A stretch of DNA of 63,056 nucleotides, the filler included, from Thelocarpon superellum (taxonomy: Eukaryota): NCBI GenBank assembly GCA_026025795.1. It is 7 parts of 7 records of this genome, joined end to end, with 100 filler letters (N's around TTAATTAATTAA, not from the genome) between each part and the next. Parts side by side here need not be neighbours in the genome. Positions count along the whole stretch, not along the records: positions 9,060 to 18,009 come from JAPEUG010000583.1; positions 18,110 to 27,034 come from JAPEUG010000584.1; 5 more parts are not named here. One strand, 5' to 3'. A model generated the notes under the pieces. That model saw only the letters and a program-made list of their open reading frames with translations, did no database searches and was not told the origin of the DNA. The position numbers were made by a program, and so were the translations under genes. Of this stretch, positions 14,128 to 24,397 are shown one piece after another; the first letter of the stretch is position 1, and each line of letters begins with the position of its first letter.

Positions 14128-15906
14128 TCACTTGAGCGCGTGTCCCGCTCCGTCTTTGCTCTCGCGCTTCAAGCGGCGTTTGGTCCGCGCACTGGCGATC
14201 TGGGCCTCGGGCGTTAGGATGTCGTCGGGCAACTCAAAGTACCGTTCGACCATCTCGGGCAGCGGACGCCCAAAGGCCGTCGCACTCCGCCCGCTCCGCC
14301 GATGGTTGCCCACCGCCGCCATGCGCAGATGTGGTTTCTTGTAAAAGGATGTAAATGGCTCCAGCGGTGCCGCTTCGACCTTTTCTGATGGTGGCGAGGC
14401 CGCCGCCGCGACCCACGTGGATGCGACGTAGGCACTCGTGGCGGAAAAGGCCTCTTGCCGCAGCTGCCGTGCCGCCCACGCGTCGACATCGTTGTAGTCT
14501 GGTGGATCCCCGTCGCTGAGCCCGTCCTCCCCGCCCATGAAGCCTCCGTGCTCGTCGACTTGCCCGGCGCTCTCCGCGTCCACTCCCTCCTCGCCATCCT
14601 CGACCTCGTCCAATTCCTCTGCATCATCAACGTCCTCGTCCTCCTCTTCCTCTTCTTCCTCTGCCTCGTCTGCCTCCATCTCCTCGTCCGCTTCCGCTTC
14701 CTCTTCCTCTTCCTCTACCTCGTCCTGCTCGGCCGCCTCTTCGCCGGCCAGCACGACGTGGTCTCGTTCCCACTTTCGCCGTTTCTCCTCTTCCTTCCAC
14801 GCCTTGAACTTTTTGATCAAGGCCGCCACCTCCTTGACAAAGTAGTCTCGCTTGTGCTCGTAGTCCTTCTTCTCCGACTCGGTGATGCCGCTAATGCCCA
14901 TGACCTTGAGCCAGTCCGGACCCCGTAGCCCCTCCAAGATGCGTTCGAGGTTGTCCTTCTCATGCTGCGCCTTATTCTTCTCGATGTTGCGCAGCTGCTT
15001 CTCGCGTCGTTCGGCCTTGCGGTGGCACTTGAGATAGTAGGCGTCATCCAGCGGGTCGCCCGGCGCGTGGCTGGCCCCTCGCTCGATGGAGGAAAAGTCG
15101 AGCTTCTGCGTGTTGTACAGCTTCGGGTAGCGCGTGCCCTTGGGCGCGAAGGGTGATCCCACGGGAATGGGCGAGGATTCGACGCCATTGACGTGCGCAC
15201 TCCTCCGTCGACTCGTCGGCGTCGCGTGCTTCACCGGTGTCGACGGTCGCGCGCGCGTCTGCTCGTCCACGACGACGAGGGGGGTCTCGGGGGTCAGGAA
15301 TTCTAGCTTCATCAGCCATCCTGCTCCTACGCCTGCGCCCTGCCCCGACTCACCGGGCGTGCGTGGCTCATTGCTGATCATCTCATCGTAACACGGGAAG
15401 AAGAGGGAGAGGTCGCTCTTGAAGCGCGAGGCTCCCCCTTGCGAGCGCAGCGATCGCCGCTCGCCCGGCACATGCGCCGTCTCGATGGTCAATTGCTTGA
15501 CCCGGTCCTTGGTGCTGGCGGGCGCATTCGCCGGTCGGAGGGCGTCGCGTGGGGGCCGACGGGTGGCCTTGTGGGCGCCATTGATGGCCCGGAGAGGGAG
15601 GGACTTGGTCGGCGCGGATTTGGATGTTCTGGCGCCCGACCCGCCCCGCAGGGCGACGGCGGCCTCGCGCGGACCGGGTCGGGATCGTGGCTCGAGCTGT
15701 CCCGGCGCCCGGCGCTCTACCTTGGCCCGTTTTACCGTGCGCCCGTCCGGGCTGGGGTCGGCGGCGGAGCGCTCACGTTTCGCGCGTTGGGCGAGGGTGG
15801 CTTTGGCGATGTTGGCCTTGGGCTCGGTCGCGGCCCCGTCCGTGGGCGGATGACGTCCGGCGACCCGATGACTGGATCGCAACGAAAGCTGGGTAGACGC
15901 GGCCAT
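14128..15906 (-). CDS. SAS4: SAS acetyltransferase complex subunit Sas4-domain protein
   Basis: DPLDDAYYLKCHRKAERREKQLRNIEK..LERILEGLRGPDWLKVMGISG, an acidic tract, and C-terminal PFTSFYKKPHLR..AFGRPLP. Likely in-frame intron at 15303-15353. First ATG at 15906. Confidence 0.85.
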   Translation of the reverse strand: MAASTQLSLRSSHRVAGRHPPTDGAATEPKANIAKATLAQRAKRERSAADPSPDGRTVKRAKVERRAPGQLEPRSRPGPREAAVALRGGSGARTSKSAPTKSLPLRAINGAHKATRRPPRDALRPANAPASTKDRVKQLTIETAHVPGERRSLRSQGGASRFKSDLSLFFPCYDEMISNEPRTPGESGQGAGVGAGWLMKLEFLTPETPLVVVDEQTRARPSTPVKHATPTSRRRSAHVNGVESSPIPVGSPFAPKGTRYPKLYNTQKLDFSSIERGASHAPGDPLDDAYYLKCHRKAERREKQLRNIEKNKAQHEKDNLERILEGLRGPDWLKVMGISGITESEKKDYEHKRDYFVKEVAALIKKFKAWKEEEKRRKWERDHVVLAGEEAAEQDEVEEEEEEAEADEEMEADEAEEEEEEEDEDVDDAEELDEVEDGEEGVDAESAGQVDEHGGFMGGEDGLSDGDPPDYNDVDAWAARQLRQEAFSATSAYVASTWVAAAASPPSEKVEAAPLEPFTSFYKKPHLRMAAVGNHRRSGRSATAFGRPLPEMVERYFELPDDILTPEAQIASARTKRRLKRESKDGAGHALK

Positions 15907-16734
15907 GGTGCTTGGTCGATGAGACACTCATCTTCCCCCGGCCCAGGTCGGATTGCGATCGGGATCCGCGGCGGAGGGGGTGCGTTGCCTCTGTACCGAC
16001 ACCGGCCACCTGCGCGCCGTCGTGTTTGGGCCCTGTTGCTGCCGTCTCGTCATTCTTTGTCGCTCCTTCGCCCGTTTTCTCGTGCCGACCCACGAGCACC
16101 GGCTCCGTAGGGAGCGATGGCCACCGGACACGCTCCGCTATTTCCTCCGCTCCATCGCCACCTTCTGACTGCACATCACTTTTTCGTCACGCATGTGTAC
16201 ATTGAACATGTTCAAGTGCTTCGATAATGTGATAGAGTCATTCTTCTCCCCGCACGCCTGACCTTGCACCAGATGCTATTCATGGCCATGCGCTCGATGC
16301 CGTCTTCCCTGGAAACATTTGCATGTGCTTCATCATATCCACGTGACTTGGCATGTTTGTCGCCAGAGAATGCTTGGATAGAACGATCCGCAGAATCAAG
16401 AAGGGCTTCTACGAGTGGCTGTACAGTATCCAGTGCCGATCTTTGGTCGTGCCAAAGTGCTGGGTGGCTACAGAAACATCGCTACCCAGCGACACCATAA
16501 CCGACGCCATATCTGTCCGCTCGGTTGTCTTCATTCGCGACGTACGCAGCAGCTGACGTGCGACGTTTGTCACGTCGGACACTTTGATAAATTTGAATGC
16601 GATTGGCCACTCTACGCCCTGTTCTTGACCTATCTGCACAAGACCCACATGGAGTCTACAGAGTAATCACAGAGTAATCACGCCCACCAAGAAAACAGCC
16701 ATCGCCTTTGAAACACAACAAACTACCAAATGTC

Positions 16735-16741
16735 AAAAAAA
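16735..16741 (-). terminator. RNA polymerase III terminator (T7) of the tRNA-Lys gene
   Basis: Seven A on the + strand give a T7 run on the minus strand, separated from the discriminator base by a single nucleotide. Confidence 0.85.
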
Positions 16742-16742
16742 G

Positions 16743-16866
16743 AGCCCGACCGGGGTCTCGAACCCCGAACCTTATGATTAAGAGTCATACGCTCTAACCA
16801 CTGGTGAACGTCAGCTTTCTGTTGCTCGTCTTCAATCTGAGAGATCTTACATTGAGCTAGCCAGGC
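16743..16866 (-). tRNA. tRNA-Lys(CTT), split by a 50-nt intron in the D-loop between nucleotides 16 and 17
   Basis: Joined exons (16866-16851 + 16800-16743) give GCCTGGCTAGCTCAAT|TGGTTAGAGCGTATGACTCTTAATCATAAGGTTCGGGGTTCGAGACCCCGGTCGGGCT (74 nt). It folds with a 7-bp acceptor stem (2 G-U pairs), D-stem GCTC/GAGC with G18G19, anticodon arm TATGA-CT[CTT]AA-TCATA, T-arm CGGGG-TTCGAGA-CCCCG and U73. From memory it is very similar to yeast tRNA-Lys(CUU). Confidence 0.93.
16801..16850 (-). other. Spliceosomal-type (U2) intron inside the tRNA-Lys gene
   Basis: Sequence GTAAGATCTCTCAGATTGAAGACGAGCAACAGAAAGCTGACGTTCACCAG: donor GTAAGA, branch GCTGAC ending 9 nt before the 3' end, acceptor CAG. Size and signals match the mRNA introns in this window, and exact GT-AG removal restores the D-loop. 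Confidence 0.88.
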
Positions 16867-18009
16867 GACGTTGAATGAAGTCCGTTAATATCCAAATATA
16901 ATCGTAGAAACACTATTCTCGTCAATCGGTAGAGGCCTGTTCAGTCGATGGCCCCTATCTTGTGAAACAGCCTTCGCGTGCAGCAAGCTTGGGGGTTGGT
17001 GATTTGTACGAAGACAAAGAATCAGGTGATAGCAAATGAACGAACTGTAAAGTTGAAAACAGATCACAACCCATCTGCAGTTTATCTAGGTTCGGATTAT
17101 TGAGCTGACTGTATCATCCCTTGTAGAGAAAAGTACATATCCGCGGTGGTTCTGATGTTCTAGTCACTTTACTGTGACAGAGGCTGATGCACATGGCGCC
17201 GTGAAAATCTCGTCATGTCTACCCAGCAACGCTTTCAGATGTTCTGGGACGCCTCAAGTAATAGAAGAGCTTCGGTCCTTTGCGCACAACAATCTCAATG
17301 TCTATAATTCTGTTCAAGACCGTGGTCCTAATCTTGCAGTCTTGCAAGCTTCATCATCACCACCAATGATACTACCACTGCCATCATAACTATCATCGCC
17401 TTCTCGCGGGAAGCGGAAGACTCCGGGGTCACCGTCGCTCTCGTCGCCTTTGGTGTGAGTACGTCTATTGTGGACACTGCGCGCTAACCTGGTTCCAGAT
17501 CTCCTACCACGATGTCGGACCAGCGCCAGGGCCAAGACCACGTCGACAGCTCGAGCGGCCGGGGATGGCTGGGTGACTGGCCGGTGGAGGGGGACTCGGT
17601 GGCTGGATCGATCCGCCAGATGGGTGGCCGGCGCGACAATACCGCTGTTTGGCCAGTAAGACGGCCACCCTGGCTACCCCGACTACGCCCCAAAACCGAC
17701 TTGCGGTCGGTCGGTACAACAGGGTGATGGGCCCCAACTTGGTCCGTGGTACTTGCGCCACCGGGCTACGGGGACTCAACCCTTGAAGACGAACGTCGAT
17801 AGCCTATGCCCACCGAGCTCCTTACCGCAGTCGGCCAACATGCGAGCCCCGGCTCCCTTTTTCCCGCTGAATCACGAAGGCCGTCTCGAGAGGGAGAAGG
17901 ACCGAGCGACCACAAGCATCAACCAGCCAAGCCACTCCCTCGGTGTCGGTACTGTCTTGGGACAGGCCGTGGTTGGGGTGCTTGTGTTGCCGCCTGTCGA
18001 AAATGCGGT

Positions 18010-18109
18010 NNNNNNNNNNNNNNNNNNNNNNNNNNNNNNNNNNNNNNNNNNNNTTAATTAATTAANNNNNNNNNNNNNNNNNNNNNNNNNNNNNNNNNNN
18101 NNNNNNNNN
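18010..18109. other. Artificial contig spacer
   Basis: N44-TTAATTAATTAA-N44. Confidence 0.98.
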
Positions 18110-19407
18110 ATTCCGCTGCTGGCTCTGACGAGCGAGGCATACTTCAAGTTCTGTGATCGAGACTGGGACCACAGCGGTCAAGAAGGTGGGCTGCCCTGTG
18201 GAGGGGCCCTGGCAACTGCTCCTGACGCCTTCATCTTTCAGAGCGAGCATATGAAAAGGGCCTGACTCTCCTCGACCATGGATGCATGTTCTCAGAGTTT
18301 GGGACGAGGAGGCGAAGGGACTACCGGACACAAGACATGGTCCTCCAGGGACTCATTCGGGCCTCAAGAGATGGCAAGGTGCGAGGATCCAGGGGGAAGC
18401 TCACGGGAACCAGCAACGTGCACTTTGCCATGCAATATAAGATCTCGCCGATTGGAACGGTGGCACACGAGTGGTTCATGGGCATCGCTGCCATTACCAA
18501 TTCGTACGAGGAAGCCACCGAGATCGCCCTACGCCATTGGGTCGCCACCTTCGGGGAAGGGGTCCGGACAGCTCCTCTCCTCCTCATGACCTTGTGGCTG
18601 ACGGCGTGCGATAGATCCTTGGAATCGCACTCACGGACACCTTCGGAACGCCTACATTCCTCAGGTCCTTCCGCCTCCCGATTACCCACTTAAGATCCAA
18701 GGGTGTCGGCGAGCAACTCCCTCAACACGCGCTCGCAGCATCATCGACAGCGTCAGCTCGCCACGGCCTGAACTCGACAGGACCGCCTGCGCAAACATCA
18801 CGAGACATGGTAGAAGACGTGGCATCTGCGACCAAGAAGACCTATGCGCAGGTGTTTACAGGAGTACGACAGGATTCCGGAGACCCAAATACCTTTGTGC
18901 AGATAATGCGTGACTTTTATGACCGCGAAGGAATCACGGTGAGTGGTGGCCGCTGAGGCTTGGATCGAGCTCCACTCACCATAGCTTAGGATAAGAAGAC
19001 CATCGTCTTTTCAGATTCGCTCAACATCAAGCTATGCCTCGAGTATAAGCAGAAAGCGGAAGAGGCCGGCTTTGAGCCCTCATTCGGGGTAGGCACATTC
19101 TTGACAAGTGAGTGGCAACTCCTCATGACCTTCTCCACCCTCCTGACATGGAAGGAAAGACGACTTCAAGCATCTGTCAAGCGGCGATAAATCCGTTCCT
19201 CTGAACATCGTAATTAAGCTCTCATCGGCAAGCGGCCGGCCGGCGGTGAAAATCAGCGATAACATTGGGAAAAACACGGGTGACAAGGAAACGGTGGATC
19301 TGGTGAAGCACAAGCTGGGATACGTGGAGAAGACCTGGGAAGCCGGCGACGAGAAGGCGCGATGGGGCTCGGCGTCGGGCGATGAGCTCAACAAAGACCC
19401 CCGCTAA
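18110..19407 (+). CDS. NPT1: Nicotinate phosphoribosyltransferase, 5' part missing at the contig edge
   Basis: [103 protein letters not shown]. Stop TAA at 19405-19407. Confidence 0.95.
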
Positions 19408-20344
19408 GACCATGGCGAGACAGTCTTAGAGCCTACATACGTTGGCGAGAACTGCGCCAGAGACGGCAATCGAGCATTTAGAATCATCATCCGTCCAAGG
19501 ATCTAGAAAGAAGAATAGAGGGCTCTAATCATCTACGCGACCATGATCCTCCAGTCGAGCGTGCGACGGCCACATGCGAACGTGGCGACACACGGGGTTG
19601 ACGATGTTGGACGCGCCAACCGAAGGAGGGTTGTGCCAGGCTTGTTCAAAACGTAGCGGGTTGCCGAAAATACTCTGAATCGTGACTTATGCAGAGGGTG
19701 ACGCACAGTAGGCCAGGTAGCTGTGGCTCGGCACGAGAAGGCGACACTTTGACCAGCCGCCATCCTACCACAGCTGTCCCTGCCTGGTAGGCTGAGGCGA
19801 AGCGACGGTGCAAGCGTGGGAGTCTGCGCAGGGAACGTAGCGGCCACCTACGACGATACGACGAAAGTGCCCTTGGCAGCTTGTGACTAGGGATGTGGCG
19901 AGTGTGGCGGCTTGTCCCTTCGTCAGCACCGGCAAGCACTATCAGCCGATTTACGCCGTCAGATCGGCTGCCAGCCAATACGCTTCGTCAAATCTCCGTG
20001 GCCGCTACTGCGGGATGCGCCGGGGTGCTCGTGCGAGTACGAAGAAGCGTAACTACTCGCACATTATCATCGGCCCCTAGGTTCGGTAAGGAGGTCTGCT
20101 GTTGCCAGCTCTTTTCAGTACCGACTCACCCATCTGCCATCATCCATCATCAGTCAATTCATCTCATCCAAGAATAGATTGGACCTTTTCCATTCCTATT
20201 GTACACCATTCCGACGTGCCATTGTCGATCTGTCGACCAGGGATCTAAATCCCTCGCTGTGTACGACCGACCACTCCTCCGCCTCACCAACGTGTACGTT
20301 GGGACCGGCGTCAGCATTGGACTCCATACCTAGCCGCAGTCAAG

Positions 20345-22088
20345 ATGAGCGTGAGTCGCGATAATTGATCCTTTCCCCGGGCCATGACTAGGGTTTCTAT
20401 GAAACATCTGCTGACAGCCTCCGCCTTAGTACGGGTTAGTATCCTCTCTGAAGTCTGGCGCAAGCCGGACTTAGGATTCCTTCAACCCTCACTCCACCGA
20501 AGCGGGACTGCCCACATGTCCCCCATCCTTAAGCTGGCCTTTCTCGTTGATTGCGACCAAGATTGGTCTCTCAATTGCCCACCTCCCATATGTCTCACGA
20601 CGTGACGTTTGATCTCTGAGAGACACGGCTGACGCCGGCGACCTAAACAGTGGATATGATAATCCTGGCTACGGCCGAGGAGGCCAGGGAGGCCAGGGAG
20701 GCCCAGGAGGTCGAGGCGGCAGAGGCGGCAACCCATATGGTCAAGACGCCGGCAATCCATACGACCAGCGACCCTCCCAAGGAGGTGGACAGTACGGCCA
20801 AGGCCAACAGGGTTATCAACAGGGACCTCAGCAGCAGCCTTACGGTCAGCCAGCTCCCAATCGATATGGACCGCAAGCGGGTGCAACATACGGGCAGCAA
20901 GGTGGTCGGACTCAACCCCAGAACGGGGGCTATGGTGGATATGGACCGTATGGTAAGTTGGCAGAAGTTTGGATTGATTCATAAGTCCGAAAGGTGGCTG
21001 AAGAACGATATAGGAGGTAACCAAGGTCAAAACGACGTTGAGCTTGGTCAAATAGATAGCCGTCCAAGCAACTATGGCCCGGTTGACAGCCGTACCAGCG
21101 ACTACGGGCGAAATGGATCGCAGAGCCAAGGCATGGGAGGGATGGGCGCGAGCTTAGGCTCGGACCCGAACTCTATCCTCAACGAGTGCCGAGAGGTTGA
21201 TCGCGGTGTCGATGAGATCGAGCGGTACATCGACCAATTAAAGGGGGCGCAGAAGAGGTACTTCCAGGGTACGGATCGGAGCAGACGGAGCGCCCCCAGA
21301 CAAGAGGTGGATCGCCTGCACACGGACACGAAGACCCTTTTCCAAAATCTGCTCATGCGCATGAGGAAGATCAAGGCGCTTCCTGAGTCTGGGAGTCCCA
21401 AAAACGCGGCTCAGGTCGGCAAGGTCGATCGAAGGCTCAAGACCGCCTTCAACCAGTATCAGATTGCCGACCGGGACTTTCGCAAACAGGTCAATGCAAC
21501 CTCGGAGCGGGAGATCCGAATCGTTAACCCGAACGCCACCGACGCGGAAGTTCGAGAGGCCGTGGAAAGTGACAACGACGGCAACATTTTCAGTCAGGCT
21601 GTTGGTGAATCCCTCCCTTTGCACCGCGGCGAAACTAATGTATCACATTTGGTAGCTTCTTCAAGGTGACCGTCGTGGGCAAGCCCAGACGGTCCTGAGT
21701 CAGGTCAGCGACCGGCACGAGATGATCCAAAAGATCGAACAGCAGATGATCGAACTGGCGGAAATGTTTCAAGAAATGGATGCTATGGTCGTGCAACAAG
21801 AGCCTGCTGTGATGCAGATCGAGCAACAAGGCGAGCAAGTGACGCAAGATGTCACGAAAGCGAACGAGGAGATCGCTGGTGCCGTGGTCAAAGCCAAGGC
21901 TCGCAACCGGAAGAAGTGGTGGTGCCTCCTCATTGCCGGTGAGTTGCTGCCATCTCACCGTTGGCTTCATGTCTCTAACAGAGCGCGCAGTCCTCATCAT
22001 CGTCGTCATCATTATCATCGTCGTGGTCGTGGTAGAAGTCCTGAAGGTTGGCCAGAAGTCTACCCAGGCTGCTACAGGATCTACGTGA
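20345..22088 (+). CDS. SSO1: Plasma-membrane syntaxin (Sso1/2-type Qa-SNARE) with a long G/Q/Y/P-rich N-terminus
   Basis: Habc region, EIRIVNPNATDAEVREAV, SNARE motif RHEMIQKIEQQMIELAEMFQEM..QQE, ARNRKKWWC followed by a C-terminal TM helix. Proposed exons: ATGAGC (20345-20350), microexon TACGG (20430-20434), 20651-20952, 21014-21600, then two more. Confidence 0.9.
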
Positions 22089-23262
22089 GATGCTCGTCCA
22101 CCTTATTGAGGCAACGATCTCGCGCCCATCTCCGAGATGCATTCTCACTACCCCTCGTCGCCTCTCCGGCTCTCTCCTTGGCCATGCCGCTCTCCAGCCC
22201 TTTCCTCACTTGTCTTGTCACTTGCTCGCTCCGTTGTCGCGGGGCGGAATGCGGACACGCGCACAGATCGTACACCATCTGCCGGGTCATCAAGGCAGTT
22301 GGAAAAGTGGATAACGTCGGCCAAAACATTGTAATTAGTCGTCCTGGAAGCCAAGCGCTTCGTCCTGTCTGGCTTTCCTTTATGTTCAGACCATCCTAGC
22401 CCCATTCTTTTTGCGTTCTGCCTCGGCAGGATCTGTGTCTGGCACATTGGCCTCGCGTTATAATTTCTCCTACAGTCCAGTCTCTGCGCTCGTACTTCTC
22501 CTTTAACGTCCTGACCTCCCTGCGAGTTTAGCATCCACTCGTCCCCTTGACCCGTCTCGCGGGTGTTCAGTCTAAACTCCGCCATCACCCCCTCGAAACC
22601 TATGACGGGAACCGATCCGGTCCCCAACTTACGGATGATAATCCACCTTCACACGAAATATTGGTATAGATGCAGACGCAGATTATACATCCTCTCGTTG
22701 CGTAGACCACGCTCGTAGAAGATATTTGGCTCATGATTAGAAGCTTCCCCGCGACACTGCTACGTCTCGTCACCGCTAGATCGGTTGTAGAAAGGTGGGC
22801 GCTCTCGATCGTCTTGCTGCATGCCTACGCACCGTGGAACAATAAGGCATGGCCAATGCATGGATGACAAGCATAGGCATGCGTGGTCCATGTCATACAG
22901 ATGGCGTTCTTACGCGGACCTGCTACGGCCGGGTCTTCCTCCACGCCAAGAAAGTCCGAGGTTGGTCGTGCCACCACCACGCCTTGGCGAATACCGTCGT
23001 CGAGTGGCTGGACCAACACGCGGCGTCAATAATCAGGTCGCCAAATCTGGCACAAGCCCGACAGGGGTCATCACAGCTTCGTACCGTCGAGCTGCCAGCG
23101 ACTACTTACCTAGTCTATCCTTTTTCATGAACATTCCGCGATCGCTCTGGCTCCACGCGGGCCTTCAAATCATTCCGTCCCAGAGCTTGGCGATGCTACG
23201 ACTCGGCCACTAAGAAGGGCAACACTGCCTCACGGGCGGCCCTTTGAATTGCCGCCGCCACG

Positions 23263-24049
23263 ATGTTTCGCTGGTGAGAGCTCTGGACGTGTGATCCACT
23301 GGGCTTTCACACGAGCTGACCGCTCCCGTACCCGCCTAGGTACCAAGCCAAGCTCGCCGCACGGCCCATTCTCACGCAAAGTGTCACTTCGGCGGTCAGT
23401 TGACGAGCGCCAACGTCCATGGTGGTCTCGGGTGGTCTCGAGTACGTGCGGTGGCTGACGCGTCTGCGCAGGTGCTCTTTGCCACCGGCGACGTGCTAGC
23501 CCAGCAGGCAGTCGATCGGGTGGGCGTCGAGAAGCATGACCTGGCGCGGACCGGACGGATGGCCTTCTACGGCGGGGGTACGATGAGATAATATGCAGGA
23601 GCGATAGTCAGCACTGACGCTGACGACGCGTCCTGCACAGCCATCTTCGGCCCGGCTGCCACGACGTGGTTCAAGTTCCTACAGCACAAGATCCGCTTGC
23701 CGAACAAGAATGCCGAGATTGCGGCGCGGGTTTTCGTCGACCAGGCCTTCTTCGCGCCGACCAATCTCTGCATGTTCCTGACGACTATGAGTCTCATGGA
23801 GGGCACCAACCCCCGGCATAAGCTCAAGGCCAGCTTCGAAACGGCCATCATCAAGAACTGGACCGTCTGGCCGATGGTGCAGGCCATCAATTTCAAATTC
23901 ATGCCCTTGGAACACCGGGTTCTGTTTGCGAATGTCATTTCTCTCGGTATACGATGGCCCCCTGCGCTTCTCCGCTACCTTTCTTGCTGACTTGCCTCCT
24001 AGGGTGGAACTGCTATCTGAGCTACGTCAATAGCCAAGGTGGCAAGTGA
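23263..24049 (+). CDS. SYM1: Mpv17/PMP22-family mitochondrial inner membrane protein Sym1
   Basis: [96 protein letters not shown]. Four short introns. Confidence 0.93.
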
Positions 24050-24397
24050 GGTCGATGGTCAGCGAGCGTCCTGAGCTCTGAGCTCATAGCACATCCGGGT
24101 CTTGGACGTGCATCGTCCCTGAACCGGTAAGAAGGGGAGGTTGTTTTCGAGGAAAAGGCAGATAGACTTGGATCGAGTTCATAGATGAGCGATAGAGCTG
24201 TGGAAGAAGGTTGATTTGTTCCTGAGTACGCGTGCAACATTGACTTTCGGGAGAGAGATTGATGGACAGAGAGAATGAGATGTCTGCGGACAGATTCATT
24301 TGTAATAGACAATCCCTCATCTCCTGCATTTCAGCTGCAGCACCACTTCGCTTGCGACGAGCTATTGGTGATGACACTTGATTGACAGTTGGAGGTA

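Noticed and set aside
16801..16850. Reading the tRNA insert as a canonical SEN/TSEN intron or as two unrelated tRNA fragments
   Set aside because: The anticodon loop is uninterrupted, I see no obvious bulge-helix-bulge at the junctions, and both halves pair correctly once the exact GT-AG segment is removed.
20345..20440. Nested intron (stwintron) at the syntaxin 5' end, since G+TACGG would form a donor
   Set aside because: The base before the first GT is C, so no new donor forms after the inner splice. The microexon model fits the reading frame.
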